Positions 53,172-64,000 of a DNA stretch of 64,000 bases are shown one piece after another. The translations under genes and the position numbers were made by a program. The number at the start of each line of letters is the position of its first letter. Positions within the stretch are counted from its first letter, which is position 1. This DNA is from Planctomycetota bacterium (lineage in GTDB: Bacteria > Planctomycetota > UBA1135 > UBA2386): assembly GCA_046290465.1 (NCBI GenBank), contig JBKAGP010000001.1, positions 96,001 through 160,000 of the forward strand, read 5' to 3'. A model generated the notes under the pieces. The model did no database searches. It worked only from the letters and a program-made list of their open reading frames with translations, and had not been told where the DNA came from.

Positions 53172-55502
53172 ATGGTCCGTACCCATCGAATCGTCGCGCT
53201 CGTGCTGCTGGCATGCAGCATCGCCCTCGGCCCCCTGGCGGCACAACAGGGGGAAGCGCGCGTGCCCGTGCGCGTGCTCGGCGGCCGCCTGGTCGCCCGC
53301 TGCCAGCTGTCGTCGCCGACCAACAGCGCGCCGGTCAACCTGTGGATCTCGTTCGACAAGCCGGTCGGCCTCGAACTGCACAACAAGGTCGCCAACGGCC
53401 TCGCGGTCGAGCAGCCCGACGGCACCACGCTGCCGATGACGATCGAACTGCCGGGCCTCGACATCGAAGTGCCGATGCGCGAGCACGGCGACGAGCAGGC
53501 GATGGAGGACTTCACCAAGCGGTGGGCGCCGCAGATGGAGGAGGTCGCCTGTGCCGGCACGATCGGCGCGAAAATCCTCAAGGACTACGAGGTCACCTTC
53601 GACCTGCCGCGCGGCCAGCTGCGGCTCAAGCGGGCGGTCGACCGCGGCGGCGAACGGCCGACCGGTCCCGAGCAGCACTACGTGCCGGCGTCGGTCGCCG
53701 GCGACGTCGTCTGGATGCCCGCTCGTCTGCAGAACGGCACCACGCGCATGATCGGCCTCGGCTCGACCAGCCTCGACAGCATCGTCGACGAGGACTTCTG
53801 CTTCGAGGTCGACCAGCCCGGCGGCCGCATCGGTCGCGTCGAGGTAGCCGGCATCGATCTGTCCGAGGTCGTTGCATGGCGGCCTGAACTGTTCGACCTG
53901 GTGCACCGCGACGGCGCGCTGGCGACGCTCGGCCTCGGCTTCCTGCAGCAGTTCCGCGTCAGCGTCGACGTGCAGAACGGCTGGATCGGCCTGACCCGCG
54001 TGCGCGAGCAGCCGTTCCCCGAGGAGGAGGCCGCGTTCTTCGACGCCCGCGCCGAGGAGGACGCCGAGGCGCTGGTCGCGTGGATCCGCGAGCACGGCGG
54101 CTCCCGGCTGGCCGGTGAGTGTGCCAACCTGCTGCTGCAGATGCAGATCGACGAGGGCGCGCCGAAGGAGGACATCGAGCCGGCGCTGCAGTGGGCGCAC
54201 GCGGCGCGGCCGGCGGACCTGCGCGCGACCGAGGCGCTCGACGCCGTCGACGCGCTGGTGCAGGCGCGCCGCCCCGACCTCGCGGTGATGGCCGGGCGCA
54301 TGGGCATCGAGGACGGTCGCGCCGACCGCTACCCCGAGGCCGTGCACCGGCTGCACGTGCGCCTCGGCGAGCTGCTGCTCGAGATGGAGGATACGCGCGG
54401 CGCGTGGGAGCATCTGATGTCGGCGGCGTTCGGGCTGACCGACGCGTTCGGCTCGGCCGACCGCGCCAAGGTCAACCTGCTGCTCGGTCGCGTCTACGAG
54501 CTCAAGGGCAAGCACAAGCGCGCGATGTCGCGCTACGTGCAGGCGGTGATCTCGCCGGAGTTCGGTCCGCAGGCGGTGCCGCGGATCGAGGCGCTGCAGC
54601 AGAAGATGGGCGGCGAGCCGTTCTCGGTGGCGCTGGTTGACCGGATGATCTCGGGCAAGGTGCGCAGCATGACGGCGCCGACCCGCTTCGAGGTCGACGA
54701 CAAGACCGACACCAACCGCTGCGTGCTGATCGAGCACGTCACCAACCCGCACCTCGGCCAGAAGCAGGGCGAGCGCTGGCGCGCGTTCACCGAAGGTGGC
54801 GCGATGGTGTTCGAGGCGCTGCAGAGCCACTTCCCCGGCGATCGCGTGGCGCTGCTGTCCTACCACACCGACGCGCCGCGGCCGGTCGCGATCATGAACG
54901 AGCTGTCGCTGACGGTCGCCGAGTCGGTCGGCAAGCGGCCGGTGTTCCTGGTCGACGGCGTGCAGGCCGGGCCCGGCGCGTGTCGCTATCCGGACGCCGA
55001 CACGGTCTACCAGGACGTGCGCGACTCGGCGGTCGCGCGGTTGAAGCGCAAGAGCGACTTCACGATCGAACTCGACGCGCGCATCGAGGACGGCGTGGTG
55101 CGCGGCGAGGCCCGCATCGCCGGCCCGGCGCGCGGGCGCCGCATCGAGCTGGTGCTGGCCGAGAAGGGCGCCATCTACCCGGGCCTCGGTGCGACCGTCG
55201 TGCACCGCATGGTCGCGCGGGCGGCGCTGACCGGCTCGGTGTTCGGTGCCGCCTGGCGCCCCGAGGACGGCAAGATGGTGCTGCCGTTCGAACGCAGCCT
55301 CGACCAGATCGTCGCCGACAACGTCGCGTTCCTCGACGACTACGAGCAGAGCGGTGGCTCACCGGCCTCGCGCCTTTCGACCGGCATGGCCAAGGACCAG
55401 CTGGTGGTCGTCGCGATCGTGCGCGACCCCGGCGGCCGGCGCGTCGACCAGTGCGCGCAGTGCGACGTGCGCGTCGGGACGCCGCAGGAGGACCAACGAT
55501 GA
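53172..55502 (+). CDS. Secreted multidomain protein: two retropepsin-like domains, TPR region and a thioredoxin/Omp28-like C-terminal domain
   Basis: Signal peptide; GTIGAKILKDYEVTFD..RGQLRL and TLGLGFLQQFRVSVD..NGWI; helical TPR-like middle; VLIEHVT...LSYH...P.FLVDG...LVLAE...H.MVAR. Confidence 0.65.
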   Translation: MVRTHRIVALVLLACSIALGPLAAQQGEARVPVRVLGGRLVARCQLSSPTNSAPVNLWISFDKPVGLELHNKVANGLAVEQPDGTTLPMTIELPGLDIEVPMREHGDEQAMEDFTKRWAPQMEEVACAGTIGAKILKDYEVTFDLPRGQLRLKRAVDRGGERPTGPEQHYVPASVAGDVVWMPARLQNGTTRMIGLGSTSLDSIVDEDFCFEVDQPGGRIGRVEVAGIDLSEVVAWRPELFDLVHRDGALATLGLGFLQQFRVSVDVQNGWIGLTRVREQPFPEEEAAFFDARAEEDAEALVAWIREHGGSRLAGECANLLLQMQIDEGAPKEDIEPALQWAHAARPADLRATEALDAVDALVQARRPDLAVMAGRMGIEDGRADRYPEAVHRLHVRLGELLLEMEDTRGAWEHLMSAAFGLTDAFGSADRAKVNLLLGRVYELKGKHKRAMSRYVQAVISPEFGPQAVPRIEALQQKMGGEPFSVALVDRMISGKVRSMTAPTRFEVDDKTDTNRCVLIEHVTNPHLGQKQGERWRAFTEGGAMVFEALQSHFPGDRVALLSYHTDAPRPVAIMNELSLTVAESVGKRPVFLVDGVQAGPGACRYPDADTVYQDVRDSAVARLKRKSDFTIELDARIEDGVVRGEARIAGPARGRRIELVLAEKGAIYPGLGATVVHRMVARAALTGSVFGAAWRPEDGKMVLPFERSLDQIVADNVAFLDDYEQSGGSPASRLSTGMAKDQLVVVAIVRDPGGRRVDQCAQCDVRVGTPQEDQR

Positions 55503-56991
55503 GCGAGACGCGCCGCTCCAAGGAGCAGATCCGCGCCGGCCTCGAGCAGCTGGCCCGCCCGGTCGCCGAGCACATCCAGGAACACCACGTGCGCCAGCAG
55601 GCCGGCACCGTGCGCGGGCTGGCCGCACCGCTGCTGGTGTTCCCCGCCGTCTACCTGGTGCTGACGCTGCTGTTCGCGCTGGTCGGTGTCGACCTGCGCT
55701 GGCCGTGGTTCGTGCTGCTGCCGCTGACGCTGCTGCTGCCGACGATGCGCGTGCTGCTGCGCCGCAAGGCAGCGCGCGAGCTGCGCGTGCGCGAGCAGCA
55801 GGCCCTGTGCCTGCTCGACCGCGAGCTGGACCTCGACGACCGTTTGTCGACGGCGCACGCGTTCAGCGCCGAGCAGGAGCCCGACGGCTTCATGCTGGCG
55901 GCGATGCACGACGCCGACCGGCGCCTGCGCGAGGCCCAGGGCCGCAAGCCGCGGCCGACGGCGGCCGAACCGGAGAACGCCGCGCCGATGTGGCTCGCCG
56001 GCGTCGCCGCGCTGGTGCTGCTCTGCGTCGCGACGCAGGTGACGCCGGCGCGTTCGGATGGGGCCGATGCGCCGCTCACCGGCCAGCGCGCCGAGGTGGC
56101 CGGCCACGACCGTCGCGACGACGTGCGCGAGCCGGTGGCACCGCCCGCGGGCGAACGGCCGAACCCCGAGCAACGCACGCCGAGGCGGGCCGAACGCGAC
56201 GCCGTCGACTCGTCGGCCGGCGAGGACGACAACCCGACCGAGGCGCAGCGCAAGGGGCGCAACCCGATGGGCTCGGGCCGCAGCGCCGAAGCGCGCACGG
56301 CCGCCGGCGGCGGCAGCGAGCGCGGCCAGCCGAGCAACCAGGCGCAGTCGACCAAGGGCGGCAAGGCCAAGAAGCCCAAGGAGAAGAAGAAGGACCAGCC
56401 GCGCGCGGACGAGCGCGAGCGCCAGGACGAGCCGAACAAGCCGCCGGAGGAGTCGGGCTCGACCCAGGGCCGCGGCTCCGGCAAGGGCTCGTCGAAGTCG
56501 CCGACCGCGTCGCCGTGGTCGGCCAAGGACCAGGTCGTCACCGACGAAGAGGAAGACCCCGAAGAGGACGAAGAGGTCGACGACGAGAACGACGAGTCGA
56601 AGGCGCGCGGCGGCGTGCAGCCGAACCTTCGCCAGCGCAAGCCGCCGGTGAACCGCGACCTGCAGATCTCGATGGGCAACGGCCAGCCGCAGGACGACGC
56701 CAACGGCCGCGGCGGCCCCGGTGGCCCGAAGAAGCAGCGCGGCGTCGCGCAGCTCGTGCTCGGCGTGACGTTCCCCGACCACGTCAGCGCCAAGCCCAAC
56801 CCTGGCATCTCCAAGATCACCCAGGAACGGATCGAACCCCAGGCCCAGCAGGGCGACCGCATCCCCGGCGAAGGCCGCGGCGCGCGCGCCGCCCCGATGG
56901 GCCACCTGACCAAGAGGACCCTGAGCCCCTGGATGCAGGAGCTCGTGCGCAGTTTCTACCTCAGCCTTCGCGAGGAAGGCGGACCGCAGTG

Positions 56992-56992
<1 letters not shown>
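55499..56992 (+). CDS. Membrane protein with a long charged low-complexity C-terminus (MoxR-operon associated)
   Basis: Three TMs, LDRELDLDDRLSTA, G/S/E/K-rich tail, ends ELVRSFY; ATGA-coupled. Confidence 0.8.
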
Positions 56993-58002
<1,010 letters not shown>

Positions 58003-58044
58003 CCGTCGCGTTCTCTTCGCAGCTTCCTCCACGTCTTCCCGCCG

Positions 58045-58944
58045 ATGCCCGCGACCGCACCGACCCGACAGGAACTCTTCGATCCGGAGTTCCTCGAGGC
58101 CGTCACCCGCTTCCGGATCCTGGCGCAGCGCGTCGCGCGCGGCGGCGTGCACGCCGAGCAGCGTTCGCGCCACGTCGGCTCCGGCATGGAGTTCCGCGAC
58201 TACCGCGGCTATGCGCCGGGCGACGACCTGCGCGCGATCGACTGGAACATCTACCGAAGGCTCGGCCGGGTGTTCCTGCGCCTGTTCGAGGAGTTCGAGG
58301 ACCTGCCGGTCTACCTGGCGCCCGACGTCAGCGGCAGCATGTGGCACGGTGACAAGCCGCGCGCGCATGCCGGCCTGCGCTCGGCGTTCGCGCTGGCGCT
58401 CGCGGCGTTGAACCACCACGACAGCGTCGGGTTGTTCCCGTTCGCCGAGCAGCTGCGCATCGCGCTGCCGGCCAGGAGCGGCAACGTGCGCAAGATGCGG
58501 ATCGCCGAGGCGCTGGCGGCGCAGACGCCGGGCGGGCAGACCGACTTCGTCGCGTCGCTCGGCAAGTTCGCGCGCATGGGGCAGCGCCGGGGCCTGCTGG
58601 TGGTGATCTCGGACTTCTTCGACCCGAACGGCATCGCCGCCGTGCAGGACAGCCTCGCCCGCCAGCGCCACCGGCTGGTGCTGGTGCAGCTGGTGCGCAA
58701 GTCGGACCGGGACCCGTCGCTGAGCGGCGACCTGCTGGTCAAGGACTGCGAGAGCGGCCAGCAGCACGACGTGTCGGTCACGGCCGACGTGCTCGCCGCC
58801 TACCGGCGCGCCTACCAGCAGCACCAGGAAGGCCTCGAGAAGCTGGCGGTGCAGCGGCAGGCGGGCCTGGTGCAGGTCGACGTCGACGAACCGGTCCTGC
58901 CGCAGCTGTCGCAACTGTTCGAGACGGGGGCACTGATCGTATGA
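58045..58944 (+). CDS. DUF58 protein
   Basis: GSGMEFRDYRGYAPGDDLRAIDWN, DVSGSM, VVISDFF. Confidence 0.93.
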   Translation: MPATAPTRQELFDPEFLEAVTRFRILAQRVARGGVHAEQRSRHVGSGMEFRDYRGYAPGDDLRAIDWNIYRRLGRVFLRLFEEFEDLPVYLAPDVSGSMWHGDKPRAHAGLRSAFALALAALNHHDSVGLFPFAEQLRIALPARSGNVRKMRIAEALAAQTPGGQTDFVASLGKFARMGQRRGLLVVISDFFDPNGIAAVQDSLARQRHRLVLVQLVRKSDRDPSLSGDLLVKDCESGQQHDVSVTADVLAAYRRAYQQHQEGLEKLAVQRQAGLVQVDVDEPVLPQLSQLFETGALIV

Positions 58945-60644
58945 GCTTCGGCTTCGTTCCGGCGCTGCTCGGCGTCTTCGGTCTGCTCGCGATCGCGGCG
59001 GCGCTGTTCGCGCTGCAGCGGCTGCGCGTCCGCCACCAGCAGGTGGAGGTCGAGACCACGCTGTTCTGGAAGCAGGCGATCGAGGAGTCGCGCGCCCGCG
59101 TGTTGACGCAGCGCTTCCGCCACCCGTGGACCTACGCGCTGCTGCTGCTGATCTGTGCGCTGCTGTGGCTGTCGTTCGCCGGCATTCGCGGCGACGGTGG
59201 CGACGGCCGCCGCCACCTGGTGCTGCTCGACGGCTCGGCCGGCATGGCCCACGGCGAACGGTTCGCGCGCGCGATCGAACGCGCCCAGGACTACGTTGCC
59301 GGCCTGCCGCAGGAACGCCGCACGGTGGTGCTGTGCGCGGGCCGCACCGAGACCCTGCTGCGGCCCGGCGAGCCGGCCCTGCTGCTGTCGCGCCGGCTCG
59401 ACGGAGTGGCACCGGCCGCGGCGCCCAACCGGATCGCCGAGGTGCTGTTCGACCTGGTCCGCGCCGCCGACGGCGTGCCGACGACCGTCTGCGTGGTCGG
59501 CGACGCGCCGCTGCGCGCAGCCGAACGCGCGCTGCTGCCCGACTCGGTGCGGCTGCGTCGCCTGCCGGTGCCGCCCCGTAGTGGCGCCAACGCCGGCATC
59601 ACCGCGCTCGGCGTGCGGCCCGCGGCGTCCGGTCGCTGGGACGCGGTCGACGTGCTGGTCGAGGTCCTGGCCCTATCGGGCGCGACCGACGGCGCCGCGC
59701 CGCGGCTGCGTCTCGACGACGTCGACTGGACCGGCACCCCGTCGGCCGAGCCCGTCGACGGCGGCCGGCGCTTCCGCTACCGCGACGTGCCGGCGAACGG
59801 CCAGCAGCTGACCGCGTCGCTCGCGGGCGGCGACGCGCTGGCGCTCGACGACGTCGCGACGTTCGTACTGCCGGACCGCGCCCCGATCCCGGTCGCGATC
59901 GGGCCCGGCGTGCCGGCGATCGTGCTGCGCGCGGTCGCCTCCGATCCCGGCCTGGTGCGTCGCGATGGCGATGCGCGGGTCGTGGTGCGCGTCGCCGGCA
60001 CGACCTTCGGCAGCGGCCTGCCGGCGTTCGAACTGGCCGACCCCGAGCAGTCCGACGACGCCTTCCTGGTGTTCCATCCGCCAGGCCAGGATCCGTCGGC
60101 CGTGCTCGACGAACTCTACACCGGGCTCGGCCTGCACGAGATCGACGCGATGGCGGCTGCCGCCGCGCTCGGCCGCGCGGTCACGATGGGTGCGAAGCCA
60201 GCCGAACGGAAGGGGCTGTGGGTCTGGCGGCAGCTGCTCGACCCCGACTACGACTTCGTGCGCTCGCGTTCGTTCCCGCTGTTCGTCGGGCTCGGCCTGC
60301 GCTGGCTCGCCGACTTCGAAGAAGGCCCGGCGCGGGTCGCCGTCGGCGAACCGGTCGCCGCGCACGACGGTGACGTCACCGTAGACGAAGTGCGCGGCCG
60401 CAGCTTCGGTGCCGCGTTCGTGCCGCGGCAGCCCGGCCCACACCAGCCCGCGCGCGGTGCGGCCTTCGCGGCCTCGCTGCTCGACCCGCATGCCAGCGGG
60501 CTCGCGCCGGCCGACCTGGCCGACATCGACGAACTCGACGCGGCGTCGTCGTCGGGCTTCGACCTGATCACCGTCCTGCTGCTCTTCGCGCTGCTGCTGC
60601 TCGCGGCTGAGTGGGTGCTGTTCCGCACGTCCCGCATCCCGTAG
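58941..60644 (+). CDS. BatA-like N-terminal double-TM, vWA-like membrane protein
   Basis: ALQRLR.R...V...TLFW; VLLDGSAGM; C-terminal TM ending LLAAEW. Confidence 0.85.
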   Translation: MSFGFVPALLGVFGLLAIAAALFALQRLRVRHQQVEVETTLFWKQAIEESRARVLTQRFRHPWTYALLLLICALLWLSFAGIRGDGGDGRRHLVLLDGSAGMAHGERFARAIERAQDYVAGLPQERRTVVLCAGRTETLLRPGEPALLLSRRLDGVAPAAAPNRIAEVLFDLVRAADGVPTTVCVVGDAPLRAAERALLPDSVRLRRLPVPPRSGANAGITALGVRPAASGRWDAVDVLVEVLALSGATDGAAPRLRLDDVDWTGTPSAEPVDGGRRFRYRDVPANGQQLTASLAGGDALALDDVATFVLPDRAPIPVAIGPGVPAIVLRAVASDPGLVRRDGDARVVVRVAGTTFGSGLPAFELADPEQSDDAFLVFHPPGQDPSAVLDELYTGLGLHEIDAMAAAAALGRAVTMGAKPAERKGLWVWRQLLDPDYDFVRSRSFPLFVGLGLRWLADFEEGPARVAVGEPVAAHDGDVTVDEVRGRSFGAAFVPRQPGPHQPARGAAFAASLLDPHASGLAPADLADIDELDAASSSGFDLITVLLLFALLLLAAEWVLFRTSRIP

Positions 60645-60657
60645 CCGAGGCCCCCCG

Positions 60658-63129
60658 ATGAACTTCCAGTATCCCGGTTTCCTCTGGCTGCTGCCGCTCG
60701 TGCTGCTGGTGTGGTTCGTGCCGCGGCGACCCGCCGACGCGCGCCGCGCCCTGCTGCGCACGGTCGTGCTGGTCGCGCTGCTGCTGGGCCTCGCGCGGCC
60801 CGTGCTGGTGCGCTCGTCGTGGAGCGACCACCACGTCGTGGTCGTCGATCGCACCGGCAGCGTCGCCGATCCGGCGGCGGTCGACCGTGCGCTCGCGGCC
60901 GTGGTCCAGAAGCTGCAGCCCGACGCGGTGCGGGTGCTCGTCGAGATCGGCGAACGTGCCGGTGCCACCGACGCGCCGGCCGGCTTCGACCAGCTGCTGC
61001 AGGTGCGTTCGAGAGGCCGCTCGCCGCTCGGCGATGCGCTGCACGCGGCGCTGCGGGCGATCCCCGCCGGCACCGGCGGCGCCATCACGCTGATCAGCGA
61101 CGGCCGCGGCACCGACTCTGGCTGGCAGCGCGCGGTCCAGGAACTGACCGAACGCGATCTGCCGCTGCACGTCGTCGCCGTGCCGGCCGCCGACACCAAC
61201 GCGCGGCCGGTCGGCATCGTCCCGCTCGACGAACTGCGCGTCGGCCACGTCGGCCGCGTGCGCGTCGCGGTCGCCGCCGCCGACGCCGAACTGCAGGTCA
61301 CCCTGAAGGCCGATGGCGAGGTCGTCGGCCAGCCGGTCGCGCTCACGTGTCGCGGCGTCGCCACCGTCGACCTGCCGTTCGAGCCGCGCGCGAGCGGCTT
61401 CGTCGACCTGACCGTCGAGGTCGCGCGCACCGACGCCGCCGAGCAAGACCCGTCCGACGACACGCGGACCCGCACCGTCGCCGTGCAGGAGCCGCTGCGC
61501 GTGCTCTACCTCGGCGGCCGCGTGCAGCAGGCCGGAGAACACCTCGGCCAGCTGCTCGGTGACGGCTTCGAGCTGCGGCAGCCGGCCGGGGATGCGATCG
61601 ACCTCGCCGACGTCGACCTGACCGTGCTCGACGACCGCGCTGCGGCCGAGGTGCCGACCGCCTGGCAGCAGGCGATCGCCGACGCCGTGCAGCAGCGCGG
61701 CATGGGCCTGTTGGTCAGCGGCGGCCGTTCGGCGTTCGGTCCCGGCGGCTACCACGACACCGTGATCGAGACCATCTCGCCGGTCGAGTACGTGCAGAAG
61801 GAGGAGAAGAAGGACCCGAGCACCACGCTCGCGGTCGTCATCGACACCTCCGGCTCGATGGTCGGCAACCGGATGACGCTGGCCAAGGAGGTCGCGCGGC
61901 TGGCGATCCGCCGCCTGCTGCCGCACGACAAGGTCGGCATCGTCGAGTTCTACGGCACCAAGCAGTGGGCCGCGCCGATCCAGTCGGCCGCCAACTCGAT
62001 CGACCTGCAGCGCGCCATCAACCGCCTCGGTGCTTCGGGCGGCACGGTGCTGTTCCCGGCGATCGAGGAGTGCTACTACGCGCTCAAGAACGTGCAGACG
62101 CGCTACAAGCACGTGCTCGTGATCACCGACGCCGGCGTCGAGACCGGGCCCTACGAGAACCTGCTGCGCAAGATGGCCGACGAGGGCATCGCGACGTCGA
62201 CGGTGCTGGTTGGCCCGGGCCGTCACAGCGAGTTCCTGGTCGAGCTCGCCGACTGGGGCGGGGGCCGCTACTACCACTCGCCCGACCGCTTCAACCTGCC
62301 CGAGCTGCTGCTGAAGAAGCCGAGCACGTCGATGCTGCCGCCGTACCGTCCCGGCAACTACGCGGTCGAGACCCGCGGCGGCCGCGGCTGGTGGGGGGAC
62401 GTCGACCCGAAGCAGATCCCGCCGGTGGAGACGCTGGTCGAGACCTCGGCGCGGCCCGGTGCCGACGTGTTGATGTCGGTGCAGGGCAGCGGTCGGCCGG
62501 TGCTCGCGTCGTGGCGCTACGGCCTCGGCCGCGTCACCGCGATGACCACCGAGCCGGTCGGCCCGGGCACGCGCGGCTGGCGCGACTGGGACGGCTACGG
62601 GCCGATGCTGGCCCGCCTGCTGGCCCGCACGTCGCGCTCGTCGCAGCCGCCGTTCTCGTTCCTGCTGCGTCGCGACGCCGAACACCTGTACGTCGAGGCA
62701 CGCCGCGCCACTCGCGGCGCGAGCGCGCCACGGGTCGCTGTCGCCGATGGCGCCGAGGTCGATCTGCGCGAGGTCGCGCCGGGCGTGTTCGCCGGCGTGC
62801 ACGTCGCGGCGGCGAGCGACGACGTGCGCCTGCTCGCGACCGATGGTTCGGGCTGGCGCCACCACCTCTGCTCCGATGCGCTCGATGGAGGCGTCCCGGA
62901 GACCCAGGTCGACCCGCGTGAGGCCCTGCCGCTGCCGGCGATCGCCACGCACACCGGCGGTGCGTTCGTGGCGGTCGGCGCAGCCGCGCCGGCCCTGTCG
63001 CTGCGCCGCTCCGGCACGCCGCTGCAGGTGGTGCCGTTGTGGCCGTGGCTGGTCCTGCTGTCCCTGCTCGCATTCCTGTTCGACGTGTTCGACCGCCGTC
63101 GCGGCGCCGGCACGCGGAGGCCCGTCTGA
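60658..63129 (+). CDS. Membrane-anchored double-vWA / glutamine-amidotransferase-like protein
   Basis: MNFQYP.FLWLL; VVDRTGS, LISDG; GG..AFGPGGY; VIDTSGSM, ITDAG; WRYGLGRV; C-terminal TM. Confidence 0.88.
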   Translation: MNFQYPGFLWLLPLVLLVWFVPRRPADARRALLRTVVLVALLLGLARPVLVRSSWSDHHVVVVDRTGSVADPAAVDRALAAVVQKLQPDAVRVLVEIGERAGATDAPAGFDQLLQVRSRGRSPLGDALHAALRAIPAGTGGAITLISDGRGTDSGWQRAVQELTERDLPLHVVAVPAADTNARPVGIVPLDELRVGHVGRVRVAVAAADAELQVTLKADGEVVGQPVALTCRGVATVDLPFEPRASGFVDLTVEVARTDAAEQDPSDDTRTRTVAVQEPLRVLYLGGRVQQAGEHLGQLLGDGFELRQPAGDAIDLADVDLTVLDDRAAAEVPTAWQQAIADAVQQRGMGLLVSGGRSAFGPGGYHDTVIETISPVEYVQKEEKKDPSTTLAVVIDTSGSMVGNRMTLAKEVARLAIRRLLPHDKVGIVEFYGTKQWAAPIQSAANSIDLQRAINRLGASGGTVLFPAIEECYYALKNVQTRYKHVLVITDAGVETGPYENLLRKMADEGIATSTVLVGPGRHSEFLVELADWGGGRYYHSPDRFNLPELLLKKPSTSMLPPYRPGNYAVETRGGRGWWGDVDPKQIPPVETLVETSARPGADVLMSVQGSGRPVLASWRYGLGRVTAMTTEPVGPGTRGWRDWDGYGPMLARLLARTSRSSQPPFSFLLRRDAEHLYVEARRATRGASAPRVAVADGAEVDLREVAPGVFAGVHVAAASDDVRLLATDGSGWRHHLCSDALDGGVPETQVDPREALPLPAIATHTGGAFVAVGAAAPALSLRRSGTPLQVVPLWPWLVLLSLLAFLFDVFDRRRGAGTRRPV

Positions 63130-64000
63130 TGTCCGTGGTTCGTGTCGCAGCAGCGCTGGCAGCGCTCTGGTGTTCGTCGTGGTTCGCGTTGGCGCAGGAC
63201 GGTGCGGTGCGGGGTCCCAGTACGCAGGATCCGGGCACCCAGGACCCCGACGCCCTCGCTCCCGAGGTCGTGCGGCTGGTCGATGCCACGCTGCAGGGAC
63301 CGTCGCCGGAGGCCGGCGCGGACGCCGTCTGGCAGGCGGCGTCGGCGGCACACGGCGAGTGCACCCAGGTGGTGGCCGAGCTGCGTCGTCGCATCGAAGC
63401 CGACGACCGGGCCGCGACGCGCCGCCTGCTGTGCGGCGTGCTGCGCTACCAGGGTCGCACGCGCCAGGCGCTGCGCGTGCTCGACGGCATCGACGTGGCC
63501 TTGCGCACCGACGCCGACCTGCTGCTGCGTGCCGAACTGCTCGACGCGCTCGGCAAGGGCGACGACGCCGGCAAGGCCTACGAGGATCTGCTGGCGCGCG
63601 AGCTCGAGCCGGCGCTGCGGCGCCGCATCCTGTTCCGGCGGGCTTTGGTCGGCAGCGACTCGATCCAGCAGCTCCGGGACTTCGCCGCCAGTGACGGCAA
63701 CGACCGCGAGCAGCGCAACCAGGCTGCGATCATCCTCGCGCTGCGCAACGAGCCGAAGGCCGCGCTCGAGCTCTACGAAGTCTCCGGCGAAGGCACGGCG
63801 CGGTTTCGTCAGCTGGTGCGTCTCGCCGAGTGGGCGCTGGCCGCCGACGAACCCGAACGTGCCCAGCAGCTCGCCTGGGAGGCGGTCGACGTCGCCAAGA
63901 TGCGCCGCGATCGCCGCTATGCGCTGACCGTGGTGGTCTCGGCCTACCGGGCCGGTGACGCCATCGACGCGCTGCTGCAGCGGTTCGAAGCGGCTGAGTC
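63129..64000 (+). CDS. Secreted TPR-repeat protein, partial (runs off right edge)
   Basis: Not in the ORF track; ATG overlaps the previous TGA; MSVVRVAAALAALWCSSWFALAQD then helical repeats (LLLRAELLDALGKGDDAGKAYEDLL); open to the window end. Confidence 0.8.
   Translation, partial: MSVVRVAAALAALWCSSWFALAQDGAVRGPSTQDPGTQDPDALAPEVVRLVDATLQGPSPEAGADAVWQAASAAHGECTQVVAELRRRIEADDRAATRRLLCGVLRYQGRTRQALRVLDGIDVALRTDADLLLRAELLDALGKGDDAGKAYEDLLARELEPALRRRILFRRALVGSDSIQQLRDFAASDGNDREQRNQAAIILALRNEPKAALELYEVSGEGTARFRQLVRLAEWALAADEPERAQQLAWEAVDVAKMRRDRRYALTVVVSAYRAGDAIDALLQRFEAAE

Overview
Very GC-rich bacterial DNA. The gene content points to an uncultured Planctomycetota lineage (inference): a PVC-type heme-binding dehydrogenase, DUF1570 and NPCBM proteins, a groEL-groES-groEL-dnaJ-grpE block and a MoxR/DUF58/vWA operon. 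About 50 CDSs can be supported: housekeeping and metabolic genes (fbp, fused moaD-moaE, pepA, acs, galM), two outer-membrane barrels, a KaiC-like ATPase, a sugar-oxidation operon with an AraC regulator, chaperones, an ActP-like symporter pair, a two-component system and a MoxR-vWA operon running off the right edge. I saw no rRNA, tRNA or CRISPR array. Four things stand out. (1) At 47.97-48.71 kb on the minus strand, three tandem units each have a TGCAAC-N16/17-CGTT ECF-type promoter, a shared hairpin and a related intrinsic terminator; they look like an undescribed sRNA family. (2) The secreted protein at 51904 has an in-frame Cys-TGA-Gly followed by 39 coding-like codons, making it a candidate new selenoprotein at the head of the MoxR operon. 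(3) An IS1-like transposase element with 20-bp TIRs has a 186-bp MITE derivative inserted in the sRNA cluster. (4) A REPIN-like inverted-repeat element shows compensatory changes. All family assignments come from motif recognition by eye; no searches were run.
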